Source: Escherichia phage ECO07P2. From it: 64,000 nt of DNA. How positions within the stretch are numbered: the stretch's first letter is position 1; each line of letters begins with the position of its first letter. The notes beneath the pieces are model-generated. The model saw only the letters and a list, made by a program, of their open reading frames with translations. It was not told the origin of the DNA and searched no databases. This document shows positions 11,131 to 21,377 of the stretch, piece by piece. The stretch lies in the sequence record OP172785; one strand, given 5' to 3'. A program made the translations under genes and the position numbers.

Positions 11131-11405
11131 TCGAAATAATCTTCAATTTCGTAATCATGGACGTAAATCATTATAGTTTTTAATACATCATCAATACTTT
11201 TTCCTGGAGCTGGAATTACGTAAAAATATCCTGCTTTTGAGAGGTCTTTATAAGTTCCAACCAAGAAATCATTATTCTCGAGATGTAGTTCTTCAACTAA
11301 TTCATCGACAATTGAGTGGTATAAATTTGGTAGAAACTTATATAGCTTTTCTAGAATATCAATTTTGATTGTGTATTGAACCACAGATTGAGAATCAATA
11401 ATCAT
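11127..11405 (-). CDS. arn: anti-restriction nuclease Arn
   Basis: 92 aa MIIDSQSVVQYT.KIDILEKLYKFLPNLYHS..., acidic, matches remembered T4 Arn. Confidence 0.85.
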   Translation of the reverse strand: MIIDSQSVVQYTIKIDILEKLYKFLPNLYHSIVDELVEELHLENNDFLVGTYKDLSKAGYFYVIPAPGKSIDDVLKTIMIYVHDYEIEDYFE

Positions 11406-11488
11406 AGACCTTCCCCTTATGTTTCTGTTTGCGATTAGATTCTTTAAACGCTTTCTTCTTATCTTTATGAACAGAAGCTTTATTAAAA

Positions 11489-11707
11489 TTATGTTTTGCG
11501 ACTAAATTGTTCATAGTGCTGAATCACCTCTCTTAAACATTCGCATGTGAATGAAAACTTTTTAGCTACACCACATTCAAATATATGTTCTCTTAAATCA
11601 CGTGTGTCAGTATATCCCATCTCAACGATAAAATGCCGTATTAGGTTTTTATCTTTATCATTGAGAGAATTAAAATAATCGGATTTTGAATTAATTTCCC
11701 TGGCCAA
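11489..11707 (-). CDS. hypothetical protein (72 aa, arn-motA spacer)
   Basis: ORF in early-gene orientation. Confidence 0.45.
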   Translation of the reverse strand: MAREINSKSDYFNSLNDKDKNLIRHFIVEMGYTDTRDLREHIFECGVAKKFSFTCECLREVIQHYEQFSRKT

Positions 11708-11987
11708 ATTGAATCACCTTCAGTTGACGTTTTAGCTCTTTTATCATCTCTTCGTTCATCGCGATATAAAGATCGCGTAAAGCAGGTTTTAGCATTCCAT
11801 TTATTGGGGAACTAAATGGACATACATAATCTTTTCCTACGAGCTTTTTAGTGAATTCCATATTACAGAACTGAAATGCCGGTTCATTGGCATAAATTCC
11901 CCATTTGGTTGACATCATTTTATTGGCATATTCCAGCGCCTTGATTTGATTCATAATTCCATCAATTTGAAACTTTTTAATATTCAT
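11691..11987 (-). CDS. hypothetical protein (98 aa)
   Basis: ORF in early-gene orientation, overlaps neighbours by a few nt. Confidence 0.5.
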   Translation of the reverse strand: MNIKKFQIDGIMNQIKALEYANKMMSTKWGIYANEPAFQFCNMEFTKKLVGKDYVCPFSSPINGMLKPALRDLYIAMNEEMIKELKRQLKVIQFGQGN

Positions 11988-12448
11988 TAGTAAAGGTCCT
12001 CAGAGTAAAGTTCTTTTTCACTACCACCGCGTTCAATACGTACTTGTCCAGCGTAAGTTGCAATAATCATTGCTTCTTCACGTGTCCAATAATTACTATA
12101 TTGGTCAATAAACCCTTGGTCATCATCACAAACTTGTTGAGTAACTAATTGAGGTTTAACTACATCTAAAACTGCTGCCATATCTTTAGAATAATGACGA
12201 GCACCCGGAATAACAAGAATTCGTCCATCTTTTAATTTAAAACGGTTGGCCGCGCAAACAATCCGTCGTTGGTACTTTTGATTTTCATCCCAATATGCGG
12301 TCTGCCAACAGATTTCAGGAACTTCTTTTAAAATATCTTCTTCTGTATATTCACCGCTGTAAGAAGCTAATTTAGCAGCCAGACTTTCTGGAGTCTCACG
12401 TGACAAAGCTTTATCTAACAGAGCTAAACGTTCTTTAAAAGTTTTCAT
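11987..12448 (-). CDS. hypothetical protein (153 aa)
   Basis: ORF; stop overlaps next start. Confidence 0.5.
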   Translation of the reverse strand: MKTFKERLALLDKALSRETPESLAAKLASYSGEYTEEDILKEVPEICWQTAYWDENQKYQRRIVCAANRFKLKDGRILVIPGARHYSKDMAAVLDVVKPQLVTQQVCDDDQGFIDQYSNYWTREEAMIIATYAGQVRIERGGSEKELYSEDLY

Positions 12449-12774
12449 TTAAACCATCCTTTAATACGTTGCCACAAAGTTTTCTGTTGAGCTTTGTTAA
12501 CGCCAATTGAGCGAATAACTGGTTGAGATTCCTGAAATTCTTTATAATCAGCAAGGTAAATTTCGTAAGCTGCATCCGTAAAGGAACTTATCGCTGCCAT
12601 GAAATTATTGCGAATACCTACTGGAACATCTTTACTTTCACGAATAATCATGTATTTGCCAGTCTTAATCTTTACGATAGTTCCAAGATAAGCTCCATGG
12701 TACCAGATATCCCACCCCTCTTGAGTGGGTTCTGCACAACGACGAAGTTCATTGATAATTTCTAACTTGTTCAT
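12445..12774 (-). CDS. hypothetical protein (109 aa)
   Basis: ORF; ATGA overlap with upstream gene. Confidence 0.5.
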   Translation of the reverse strand: MNKLEIINELRRCAEPTQEGWDIWYHGAYLGTIVKIKTGKYMIIRESKDVPVGIRNNFMAAISSFTDAAYEIYLADYKEFQESQPVIRSIGVNKAQQKTLWQRIKGWFK

Positions 12775-12784
12775 TATTTATTCC

Positions 12785-13420
12785 TCACAGTTCAGATGCT
12801 ACGGTGATTACTGCTTCAATGTTTTCTGCCGAGCGTTTAATGTCAAGATACACATTACCATTTTTAGCGATTTTGCATGACATACCGATGTCAGTAAATT
12901 TCTGAATATGATGTTCCATCATTTTGTATCCAAAAATTCGCATATTTCCATTGTTGTTAATTTCAAAATTACGAATTCCGTGAGTGCGTTTTTCTAAAAT
13001 AGCGAGATAGTTACTACGATAAGTTTCAACTTTTTTAAGAACAAATCCATTTTCATCTAAAAGTTTTAACATGAAATCTTTATCTTCTTCCATATCAGAA
13101 GTAATCTCGCGAGCTTTACGAGTTGCTCGTTTTTTCAGTAGTTCCGGAGCATTTTCCTGTGCGTATAAAGTTGCCGCGTTTGAAATAATATCCTGAGCTT
13201 CACCAGTAATGATTAATCCATCACCAGATTTCTCCACCAGGCCTTTTTTAATCAATACCCCAATATTACTATTAACTACTGCATTACCTAAATCTGGATG
13301 CACCTCACGAACTTCTGCAGCTGTAATGAAATCTTTCTTAGCAATGGTAATTAAAATCGCAGCAGTTTTTTCATTCAGAACATCGTTAGAAGCTTTGATG
13401 ATGTAAGTTACTTTAGACAT
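12785..13420 (-). CDS. motA: middle-promoter transcription activator MotA
   Basis: 211 aa MSKVTYIIKASNDVLNEKTA... matches remembered T4 MotA length and sequence. Confidence 0.9.
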   Translation of the reverse strand: MSKVTYIIKASNDVLNEKTAAILITIAKKDFITAAEVREVHPDLGNAVVNSNIGVLIKKGLVEKSGDGLIITGEAQDIISNAATLYAQENAPELLKKRATRKAREITSDMEEDKDFMLKLLDENGFVLKKVETYRSNYLAILEKRTHGIRNFEINNNGNMRIFGYKMMEHHIQKFTDIGMSCKIAKNGNVYLDIKRSAENIEAVITVASEL

Positions 13421-13449
13421 TTTCTAATCTCCGTAATTCTGTATCAGCA

Positions 13450-13495
13450 GTTGATAGTTGTATAGTACCACAGTATGCTTTGGTTGTAAACCGTT
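13450..13495 (-). promoter_or_regulatory. early promoter (GTTTAC -35, TACTAT -10) upstream of motA
   Basis: Minus strand GTTTAC (13486-13491) and TACTAT (13462-13467); carries the conserved 24-nt core AGTTGATAGTTGTATAGTACCAC. Confidence 0.6.
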
Positions 13496-13518
13496 TTGTG
13501 AAAAAAATTTTAAAATAA

Positions 13519-13545
13519 AAAGGGAGAGCCAAGGCTCTCCCTAAA
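13519..13545 (-). terminator. rho-independent terminator
   Basis: GGGAGAGCC-AAGG-CTCTCCC hairpin followed on the minus strand by a T-run. Confidence 0.55.
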
Positions 13546-13546
13546 A

Positions 13547-13696
13547 TTACTGCATGACTGTGATAACTGTCATGATAACACGTTGAATGCCGAACGCAAG
13601 AAGACCTCCTGCTACAGCTGGAACAACACCTAAACCCGCTAGTAAAATGCTACCAGATACTAATGCCGCGCTTGTAATACCTATGAATGGACTCAT
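13547..13696 (-). CDS. hypothetical small membrane protein (49 aa)
   Basis: ATG overlaps gene 52 stop; hydrophobic MSPFIGITSAALVSGSILLAGLGVVPAVAGGLLAFG; below ORF-track cutoff. Confidence 0.45.
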   Translation of the reverse strand: MSPFIGITSAALVSGSILLAGLGVVPAVAGGLLAFGIQRVIMTVITVMQ

Positions 13697-15021
13697 TTGA
13701 TTTCCTCTAAATCTTTAGTGTATTCTGTAACTACATCAGTAGTTTTCCAATATTCGTTTTCTTCTTTTTTAGCTTTAGCTTCTTCAGCAAGTTTCTTTGC
13801 TTCGTCGGAAGTCATATGAAAAATGTTCATTCCAACTAGTTTATCAACATAAGAAGAATACATATCAATTTTAGAAAGTTCTTCAGTCAGTTCTTTGCGA
13901 GTTTTACATTGTACAACAATTTCACCTGAAATCACTTTCTTAATGAAATGTGCCTTGGCAAAGGCTAAACGAAATGCTGATTCAGTTTCTTTGATTTTGT
14001 TATCAATTCGCTTTTGGACATAAGTTTTACGAACTTCAACGAAGTCTTTAATTAAATCAACTACGTTATCGTAAACTTGTAGTTTTCCTTTCTCATTAAT
14101 AACGGTAATATTCTGGGAACGACGCTCAATCAACCCGAAGTCTTTCATGATTTTTGCATGGCGTTCTTCTTCGTTATCGCTCAAAGAGTATTCTTTGCGG
14201 AATTTAATTTTAAAGCCAAAACCATGCTCACCACAAGCATCATCCCATGTAATGAAGCCTTTATCTTCAAGCGGGTCTAAGATTTTACTCACATAAGTTT
14301 CACGATCATACTTATACGGAATCTCAGTGATATTCATTTGAATTCGTGAAGTAAACTTGTACGTTCCACGAATTTCATATTGACCGTCAATTTCAACGAC
14401 TTCACCACGAAATTCTGGGAATTCTACCTTCGGTTTAGTTACTTTCTTTCCTTGAAGAGCTTGTAGTACAGCTTTCTTGACAGAAGAAACACTATGAGGA
14501 AGAATGTAAGTTGCATAACCAGTTGCAATACCGGAAACACCATTAAGAAGAACAGTAGGAATAATAGGCAAATAGAAAGCAGGCGGAATGTGTTCTTTAT
14601 CTTGATGTACCGGAGCATATTCAGTATCTTTATATACGTTATAGAAATTTTTACTTACGCGAGCAAAAATATAACGACTTGCCGCTGCTTTTTGAACGGT
14701 ACGAGAACCAAAGTTTCCTTGACCATCTAACAAAGGAAAGTTATTATTCCAAGTATTAGCCATCAAAGCCCCCGCGTCTTGCGCAGAGTTTTCGCCATGA
14801 TGATATCCAAGGTCCGCTACACCGCCTGCAATAGAAGCGAGTTTGTGAAACTTATCTTTATTTCCTCGTGCCAAATCAAGAGCTCGAGCGATAACAAATC
14901 GTTGAACTGGCTTAAATCCATCAATCATATTTGGGATAGCACGATTTTCAACGGTGTACATCGCATATGCTAAGGCTTCGTTATCAATAATACTTTTTAA
15001 ATCGCGATTATTCAGTTGCAT
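13693..15021 (-). CDS. 52: DNA topoisomerase II medium subunit gp52 (GyrA-like)
   Basis: 442 aa (T4 gp52 442 aa), GyrA-like N-terminal region. Confidence 0.9.
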   Translation of the reverse strand: MQLNNRDLKSIIDNEALAYAMYTVENRAIPNMIDGFKPVQRFVIARALDLARGNKDKFHKLASIAGGVADLGYHHGENSAQDAGALMANTWNNNFPLLDGQGNFGSRTVQKAAASRYIFARVSKNFYNVYKDTEYAPVHQDKEHIPPAFYLPIIPTVLLNGVSGIATGYATYILPHSVSSVKKAVLQALQGKKVTKPKVEFPEFRGEVVEIDGQYEIRGTYKFTSRIQMNITEIPYKYDRETYVSKILDPLEDKGFITWDDACGEHGFGFKIKFRKEYSLSDNEEERHAKIMKDFGLIERRSQNITVINEKGKLQVYDNVVDLIKDFVEVRKTYVQKRIDNKIKETESAFRLAFAKAHFIKKVISGEIVVQCKTRKELTEELSKIDMYSSYVDKLVGMNIFHMTSDEAKKLAEEAKAKKEENEYWKTTDVVTEYTKDLEEIK

Positions 15022-15025
15022 AAAT

Positions 15026-15166
15026 TTACCATACTAGTGAATGTAGTGCCATAATAACATCAGAAATGAAAAGCACGACTTGAATTAATCCGAACATTAC
15101 TCCATAATATAGTGCTACCAATAAAGTAGCAAGGGCTACTGAGTAGCCCAAGATTTTCTTAATCAT
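15026..15166 (-). CDS. hypothetical small membrane protein (46 aa, 52.1-like)
   Basis: Hand-translated MIKKILGYSVALATLLVALYYGVMFGLIQVVLFISDVIMALHSLVW. Confidence 0.4.
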   Translation of the reverse strand: MIKKILGYSVALATLLVALYYGVMFGLIQVVLFISDVIMALHSLVW

Positions 15167-15317
15167 TAGTAGATAACAACACAAATGTTAAATATGCACA
15201 CATACCCTGAGCTAAAGCTTGTGAAAACACGCTGCTGGCATCAATATAGATAGTTAAAACACATGCTACTATCCAACAAATAAATGAAATAACTCCTAAT
15301 AATTTTGCAATATTCAT
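15159..15317 (-). CDS. ac: acriflavine-resistance membrane protein Ac (52 aa)
   Basis: Hand-translated MNIAKLLGVISFICWIVACVLTIYIDASSVF...; size and position of T4 ac between ndd/stp and 52. Confidence 0.6.
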   Translation of the reverse strand: MNIAKLLGVISFICWIVACVLTIYIDASSVFSQALAQGMCAYLTFVLLSTND

Positions 15318-15324
15318 ATTTTCC

Positions 15325-15405
15325 TCACTGGCGTCCGAAGACGCCTTTAGTTTTAAGATTGTTACGATAGAACTGCATCACGTGTTCGTTATGGAAATTA
15401 CTCAT
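15325..15405 (-). CDS. stp: Stp peptide (26 aa; activator of the host PrrC anticodon nuclease)
   Basis: Hand-translated [26 protein letters not shown], matches remembered T4 Stp; ATG overlaps ndd stop (TAATG). Confidence 0.8.
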
Positions 15406-15863
15406 TAATACGCCTGCAAAACAAATTTAAAGTTATCAGCCAACATACGATTCATTTCTTCAAGTGTTTGATACTCAGAATGATGATTACGGGTAAACGC
15501 CAAAGCTAACTGACCTTTTCCAAACCCCGTCGTCAGAGGTTTCATCTTAGAAGCAGGTAGATAAAATACCGTGTATGGAACATTGTTATTTGCAATAGTA
15601 CGTGCAAGCTGAGACCGACGCTGACGAATATGACTTAGAACTGCACTGAATCCTTGCTTAGAACGCTGATTACCTACATAAAATCGTGCAGACACACATG
15701 GATTACTAAATAGACGACCATCTAATTTACTTACTAAAAAGTAAAATCCAGGTTTAGATAAAATATCTTTATGTGGAACTCCCAAAAACCATTCACCGTT
15801 CTTGATTGTACCAATAACGGTAGCGCCTGCATTGTTCAGATCAGTAACAGTCATATATTTCAT
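15405..15863 (-). CDS. ndd: nucleoid disruption protein Ndd
   Basis: Start placed at internal [18 protein letters not shown] (152 aa) preceded by GAGG RBS; the ORF-track N-terminal extension is probably not translated. Confidence 0.85.
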
Positions 15864-15923
15864 ATTAATTTCCTCTAAATTATTTTCTACTCCAAGGCCG
15901 CATGAATACACACGGCCATTAAA

Positions 15924-16139
15924 TTAATCATCGCAGTCGACGCTTAATTCCCAGAACTCTTCTACAGTATAAGTTTCAGTATCATTTTCAATACAGAAAC
16001 GTTCATTGCTGTTATTTGCTAAAGTAGCGTTAACTGTCATTTTCTCGCTAGTGCTTTTAAGAGGCGAAATACGAATTAACTGATCACCATTATCTAAGCA
16101 AAAAATTTCACCAACTTTTACATCTTTAAAGATTTTCAT
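15924..16139 (-). CDS. hypothetical protein (71 aa)
   Basis: ORF in early orientation. Confidence 0.5.
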   Translation of the reverse strand: MKIFKDVKVGEIFCLDNGDQLIRISPLKSTSEKMTVNATLANNSNERFCIENDTETYTVEEFWELSVDCDD

Positions 16140-16254
16140 AATTCACCTCAAGGAGTATAAAATCCAAATGCAGTTGTTGACCATCCCATCCAATATGGGA
16201 AATTTGCACCAATGTAAAACATAAGAATATAAAACCAAATGCTTAGTAAATTCA

Positions 16255-16473
16255 TTATTTTACACCATTCCAAATTGTTTCAACCACAGATTTTAAGCCA
16301 TTTTGGTGAATATCCATTCCGACAACTGCCATCAAATAGATTCCAACTACAACTGAACCTAAGGCAAAAATCAGCATGAAAATGAATAAAGCTGGAAAAA
16401 TATTATCGAAAAACCATTCAATAAATGTAAAAGCACTGCGTTTACGCTTCATATTTTCCTCACATAAATCCAA
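16255..16473 (-). CDS. hypothetical membrane protein (72 aa)
   Basis: Two hydrophobic segments. Confidence 0.45.
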   Translation of the reverse strand: MDLCEENMKRKRSAFTFIEWFFDNIFPALFIFMLIFALGSVVVGIYLMAVVGMDIHQNGLKSVVETIWNGVK

Positions 16474-16573
16474 AGTAAGCGTTTAATACATCAATCATTA
16501 AAACGATTGGGAATATACTCAAAACTACTAGTATTATAACTACATTCCATATAGCTTTAACAATCTTTTTCAT
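16460..16573 (-). CDS. hypothetical small membrane protein (37 aa)
   Basis: MKKIVKAIWNVVIILVVLSIFPIVLMIDVLNAYFGFM directly downstream of an early promoter; the ORF-track 82 aa version reads through the promoter. Confidence 0.4.
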   Translation of the reverse strand: MKKIVKAIWNVVIILVVLSIFPIVLMIDVLNAYFGFM

Positions 16574-16579
16574 TTTCTG

Positions 16580-16631
16580 TTCCTCCGTAGTTGATAGTTG
16601 TATAGTACCACAGAGGAACAGTCTTGTAAAC
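16580..16631 (-). promoter_or_regulatory. early promoter with flanking stem-loop (PeSL-like cassette)
   Basis: GTTTAC at 16626-16631, TACTAT at 16602-16607, inverted repeat GTTCCTC...GAGGAAC brackets the -10 region. Confidence 0.6.
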
Positions 16632-16816
16632 AACTTTTTTAAAAATATTCGTAATAAATGTGAATACCAACTACTACCGCTGAAACTTGTGCAACCCACC
16701 ACGCACAAGCAATAAGTACAGAATTCAAAATTTTCATAATAACCTCATCACAAAAGTAAATACTAAACAAATCAATGGAATACTAATTAACCAAACAAAA
16801 CACCACCACAATGAAC

Positions 16817-17089
16817 TCATAGTTCAATCTCAGCGATTTTCATTTCATTACTATTAATAGCCGCTTTAAGACTATCTGAAAGAATTACATCCCAGTGGTC
16901 ATTCATATGACCATTAACTAAGCGTGTAATTTCTTCAGGAGTTGAAAAATAAGGCGTATCAGACTCCCAGTGCGATAGTCCCAAGCGAGTATAAATCATA
17001 CCTTCATCATCGCTAGAATATTCAACTGACACAAACTCATCAGTTATTTTATGTTTAGCGTAATAAAATTTAAATTTCATTTTACTCAA
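16817..17089 (-). CDS. hypothetical protein (90 aa)
   Basis: ORF. Confidence 0.5.
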   Translation of the reverse strand: MSKMKFKFYYAKHKITDEFVSVEYSSDDEGMIYTRLGLSHWESDTPYFSTPEEITRLVNGHMNDHWDVILSDSLKAAINSNEMKIAEIEL

Positions 17090-17292
17090 TAATCCGCTAA
17101 AAGATCGACGATTGCATCACGAAGACACTTATTCGCAATACGCTTAAAAGCAATTTCAGTTTCTGGAGCATTTTGAATAATCATTGAATTCAATTCAGCC
17201 TCAGCAAACTGAAGTTCTTTAACTAATTCAGCTTTATATTTTCCTTGCCCTTTCTTAGCTTTTGCTCGTTTTAATTCAGCTGTAGTAAACAT
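17086..17292 (-). CDS. hypothetical protein (68 aa)
   Basis: Start moved to MFTTAELK downstream of the early promoter. Confidence 0.45.
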   Translation of the reverse strand: MFTTAELKRAKAKKGQGKYKAELVKELQFAEAELNSMIIQNAPETEIAFKRIANKCLRDAIVDLLADY

Positions 17293-17313
17293 TTTATTCT
17301 CCAAATCCGTATC

Positions 17314-17356
17314 AGTTGATAGTTGTATAGTACCACAGTCCTTGTGGTATGTAAAC
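17314..17356 (-). promoter_or_regulatory. early promoter (PeSL-like)
   Basis: GTTTAC 17351-17356, TACTAT 17327-17332, stem-loop TACCACA-gtcct-TGTGGTA. Confidence 0.6.
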
Positions 17357-17372
17357 CGTTTTGTGAAAATTT

Positions 17373-17930
17373 TTAAATGGAAAGATACCATCCGTTGTAG
17401 TTGCTTTTTCTTACAACTTTACGAAGGTCTTCTCTATCACCAATGAACTTCGGAGTGTACTGGATGACACCTGGATGAATTTCTTTAGTGTTGAATATAA
17501 TTATACAGTCAGCGACCTGATGATTCAGAATGGGCCCTAGATTTATTCCAGAACCGTATGGATACTCTCCGCTGCATCCTGTTGTTACAGAAATCCAACG
17601 TGAGTCAGTTTGGTGTGTTTTGACTTCTACACGAAGCCCGCAATATCTTGGATGAGCCAATACATCCCATGCATATGTATACGGGTCATTAACATCCTCT
17701 TGGCCTTTGTTAACATACCCGCTCAGCCAATCTGCTACAAAAAACTCTGCATACACAGCGATACGGCATCTTTCGATGACTTCTGCTTTATCCTGATTAG
17801 GATTTTGTTTTAAAGAGTATCTTGCTGTATCAGCAATTTTGACCTTCATTTCACTAGTCAAGTCATTGTTCGATAGGGTAAATGTCGGAATCTGAAATAG
17901 TCTCTGTAAACCCGGATTCGTTTTCTGCAT
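17373..17930 (-). CDS. denB: endonuclease IV DenB
   Basis: 185 aa, position between ndd cluster and rIIB as in T4. Confidence 0.8.
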   Translation of the reverse strand: MQKTNPGLQRLFQIPTFTLSNNDLTSEMKVKIADTARYSLKQNPNQDKAEVIERCRIAVYAEFFVADWLSGYVNKGQEDVNDPYTYAWDVLAHPRYCGLRVEVKTHQTDSRWISVTTGCSGEYPYGSGINLGPILNHQVADCIIIFNTKEIHPGVIQYTPKFIGDREDLRKVVRKSNYNGWYLSI

Positions 17931-17995
17931 TAAACTTTCCTTTTACGTCGGAATCACTGATATTCATACAATAAATCATAGTTTCCCTTAAAACA

Positions 17996-18013
17996 AAAGG
18001 GCCGAAGCCCTTT
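17996..18013 (-). terminator. GC tetraloop hairpin
   Basis: AAGGGCC-GAAG-CCCTT followed by T-runs on both strands. Confidence 0.45.
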
Positions 18014-18016
18014 ATT

Positions 18017-18211
18017 TTATTTGAACTGTGCAATTCTTTTCTCTAAACAATCTGCGTAAGATTTCATTGAGATAAACTGCGAAAGCAGTAATTCTTGCTC
18101 AACTGCATTAACCGTTGAAAACTTTTCACTTTCTAAAAATTTGCTCAGTGCATTAATTTTGAGCATTAATTGATCGTATTCTTCTTTTACTCGTGCTTGA
18201 TAACCTAACAT
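18017..18211 (-). CDS. hypothetical protein (64 aa)
   Basis: ORF between rIIB and denB. Confidence 0.5.
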   Translation of the reverse strand: MLGYQARVKEEYDQLMLKINALSKFLESEKFSTVNAVEQELLLSQFISMKSYADCLEKRIAQFK

Positions 18212-18225
18212 AATTTTCCTTAGTT

Positions 18226-18241
18226 AAGGGCCGAAGCCCTT
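18226..18241 (-). terminator. GC tetraloop hairpin at rIIB 3' end
   Basis: AAGGGCC-GAAG-CCCTT overlapping the rIIB stop codon. Confidence 0.45.
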
Positions 18242-19178
18242 ATTTAAATTGTTCAGTAACGTCTTCAACTACTTCGTATTGACAGGTACGCATTTTAGCA
18301 TCGTTGTAATCAATCGGAATTGATACTACATCACGAGGATGTACTTTAACTTTTACAACTCGGCTGGTTGAACTGCCAAAGTGACGAATATAAGATTTAG
18401 AACACACATGCAGACCACGAGAACAAGTTTGTGTATCATCGTCATTCACGCGAGTACGTGGCATTTTAACTACTTTACCAGGACTGTTATCAAAGGTATT
18501 TGAGTGACAGTCAAAGTAATTGCTGCGAACTACTTTCCAAGCATAGAAGTAACCGTCTTCTGTAATTTCAATATCGTTTGCTACCAAGAAATCAAAGAGT
18601 CGAGATACCGCTTTTTGGCTCGGGTTTTCCAACAGATTTTCCAAGAACGGAAAATAAAATTCAAAGTTTTCACCTTTTTCCATCGAATCGAGAATACGAT
18701 CAACTAAACCAGACCGCAATTCAATGTTTTGATAGAACAAGCTTCCACCTTCAATTCGAACATCACCGGAAATATATTTTTCAACAGCACGACGAACGTT
18801 AATTTTTTGCGCTGCTTCTTCCAATTTATCCGCAACAAGCAGATTAAGAATTTCTTGGAAGTTTGAATGAGTATTAGGAGTTGCGTTATAAGTTACACCA
18901 TCAACAGTAATTGAAATGAATTTTTTAGATGCATTCCAAATAATGTCAGATTTAGCAACTGGAGCAATAGCTGCATCACTCTTAACTTTAACTGTAATGT
19001 CACCGCTAATGGTAACTTTGGAGCGCTCAGCTTCTTCAGCATTTTTCAAAACACGACGGATTGTGTCCACCGATACACCTTGCCAATCAGCCAATTCCTG
19101 TTGGGTGTAATTACCACTTGAATACAGTTTGACAATTTCAGCTTGTTCGTTTTTGGTCAGGCATTTAATATTGTACAT
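18240..19178 (-). CDS. rIIB: rIIB protein
   Basis: 312 aa (T4 rIIB 312 aa), adjacent to rIIA. Confidence 0.9.
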   Translation of the reverse strand: MYNIKCLTKNEQAEIVKLYSSGNYTQQELADWQGVSVDTIRRVLKNAEEAERSKVTISGDITVKVKSDAAIAPVAKSDIIWNASKKFISITVDGVTYNATPNTHSNFQEILNLLVADKLEEAAQKINVRRAVEKYISGDVRIEGGSLFYQNIELRSGLVDRILDSMEKGENFEFYFPFLENLLENPSQKAVSRLFDFLVANDIEITEDGYFYAWKVVRSNYFDCHSNTFDNSPGKVVKMPRTRVNDDDTQTCSRGLHVCSKSYIRHFGSSTSRVVKVKVHPRDVVSIPIDYNDAKMRTCQYEVVEDVTEQFK

Positions 19179-19189
19179 AATTTTCCTTA

Positions 19190-21367
19190 TTAGGCCGCAA
19201 GGGCCTTCATAGTTTTAGCGATTTGGGAAACTTCATCATCACTTAAAGAGTTGCGATAACCGATGAAGTCGGAAACAATACGGAATTTCTTGGTAAACTC
19301 AGCAACCATTTTATCACTGTTTTTTGAAGCATTACGTGATAATTCATCAAAAAGATTAGTTACTGTCCAGATGTCATGACCAATGGTATCTTTTCCACCA
19401 TTAAAATATACACCCTGTAATGAACTAACCATATTAGCGAGTCGTGTATATTCTTCAGAAACTTCATCTACACTGAAGTACTTCATCATAAAATCTAGCT
19501 CAGGATACTTGATAATTTTATCAATATATCGTTTAGCTGAACTTGAATAACCTACATACTTATCATAATCTACATCATCAAAAGCATCTACATATAAATC
19601 ACGCAAAGCTTCAAAAATACATTGGCACTGACCGAGTTCTTTTACCTTTTTCTGCAAAAGCGGACGAATAACATAAAATTCATTAATGCCAATAAGATTA
19701 GCCATACGAATCAAAATATTCATAGATGGATGACAAAGCGATGTAGTACCATCCATAGAGAAAATATCAGAACGATGCATGTATGCTACATAACCAGTAA
19801 TTTCATCTGCTTCTGATGTGAGTGTAAACAGTTCCTCTTTTTCCCAGCGCCCGTCTTTAATTTCAAACTTAAATGCAGTAGCAGCTTTAGGACGAGGAGC
19901 TGTACTTTTTACTGCCTTTGGAATATAACTTTTAACTAAAGCTTCAATTTCTGACAAATAATGAATGTTAACTTCATCACTTTCAAACATTGCCATAATA
20001 TCAGGAAGCAAATCAATCTGCGATTCTACTTCCGGATTAATAAACAGAAGACGCTCATTGTGATGAATATTTAAGGTGTTATTAAATTCACTATCATCTA
20101 ACGCACGTGCTAATCCACGGACAATATTAACACGATTTTTAGTATTATCAATAACAATATTAATTTTTGTCGTATTAATACCAAACAGACGATAGCTTGA
20201 CGCAACGGCTGAAGTTTCATGGCTTTGCTTAATGCGTTTCAGTCGAGGGTCAAGATTTACTTCATACACAACCCCTGCATTGCATAACTTACTGTCAGGT
20301 TCAAACATGCTTTGCATCTTCTTATATGACAGATTTTTAGTCGTGAATTTGACCGAATTACTAATCATATAATCTCGAGCAGAATATCCCATCTTCATCA
20401 ATTCACGGTATGTATGACGAGGAGATGTAGATTCTTTAAATCGTTTTACATCTTCATTGAATGCCTTCTCACTAAGCTCTTTAACACGCTCAATAATATT
20501 TTTACGAGTACGATCATCCAGCGAAAGAGCCTCACGCGATGGAGCAATATCAAGTGAACCCATTGGAAACTTAATATAATTCACTTCATTGCGAATGCTT
20601 AACCAGTTACGTTCTCTAATAACACCTTCGATAGGATAAACAATGCCGCCATAGATAGCATACAATCCACCACGATCTGGCCAGTATCTTTCTGGATTTA
20701 CACCGTAATAGTCATCAAAATCCGGAAAATAATCAATTTCACGGTCAAGACCATTAATGATAGCCAAATCTTTGAATGGTCGCATGATATAAGAAACTTC
20801 ATAAGCAAAGTTTCTAAAGTCTTTTTCTTCAACTGGAACTACGATTTCAATACCAGTTTTATCATCTGGACCCATTTCTTTTACGAATGTAGGTTTAATC
20901 TGTGGACCATCACCATCCATGTAAGCTACATAACCACGAATTTCACCTTTATGATATGAAGTAATACTAAATGTATCAGTATAACTAAACGGAGATTTAG
21001 AACCTAAACCAAATCCACCAATGAAATCATTAGATTCAGCCTTAGATGAACTGAAGTATGAATTATACAACCCAGGAGAATTATCATCACCTTGAATATC
21101 AAAATCGCTCATACCTGGACCAAAATCTCGACAAACAAATCGCGGATCTAATCGTCCTGGAACTTGAATGATAAATTTTTCAGGATTTCCATTGAGAGCA
21201 TGGGCATCAATCATGTTGGTAATCAATTCACGGACTACTGCGCGAATCTTGTTTGTATACAAATCAGATGACAGAATTTTGAATACTTTAGGAGATGCTG
21301 TGATGCTAAATGCTTTTGATTTAGAACCATTGCCAAGAATTGTTTCTTTTTCAGTGGTGATAATCAT
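19190..21367 (-). CDS. rIIA: rIIA protein
   Basis: 725 aa (T4 rIIA 725 aa), N-terminal GHKL-type ATPase-like motifs. Confidence 0.9.
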   Translation of the reverse strand: MIITTEKETILGNGSKSKAFSITASPKVFKILSSDLYTNKIRAVVRELITNMIDAHALNGNPEKFIIQVPGRLDPRFVCRDFGPGMSDFDIQGDDNSPGLYNSYFSSSKAESNDFIGGFGLGSKSPFSYTDTFSITSYHKGEIRGYVAYMDGDGPQIKPTFVKEMGPDDKTGIEIVVPVEEKDFRNFAYEVSYIMRPFKDLAIINGLDREIDYFPDFDDYYGVNPERYWPDRGGLYAIYGGIVYPIEGVIRERNWLSIRNEVNYIKFPMGSLDIAPSREALSLDDRTRKNIIERVKELSEKAFNEDVKRFKESTSPRHTYRELMKMGYSARDYMISNSVKFTTKNLSYKKMQSMFEPDSKLCNAGVVYEVNLDPRLKRIKQSHETSAVASSYRLFGINTTKINIVIDNTKNRVNIVRGLARALDDSEFNNTLNIHHNERLLFINPEVESQIDLLPDIMAMFESDEVNIHYLSEIEALVKSYIPKAVKSTAPRPKAATAFKFEIKDGRWEKEELFTLTSEADEITGYVAYMHRSDIFSMDGTTSLCHPSMNILIRMANLIGINEFYVIRPLLQKKVKELGQCQCIFEALRDLYVDAFDDVDYDKYVGYSSSAKRYIDKIIKYPELDFMMKYFSVDEVSEEYTRLANMVSSLQGVYFNGGKDTIGHDIWTVTNLFDELSRNASKNSDKMVAEFTKKFRIVSDFIGYRNSLSDDEVSQIAKTMKALAA

Positions 21368-21377
21368 AATTTCCTCA

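Noticed and set aside
16460-16708. N-terminal extensions containing GTIQLSTTEE (also 17086..17391, 44521..44955)
   Set aside because: Extensions are translations through the conserved early promoter; true starts are the downstream ATG with RBS
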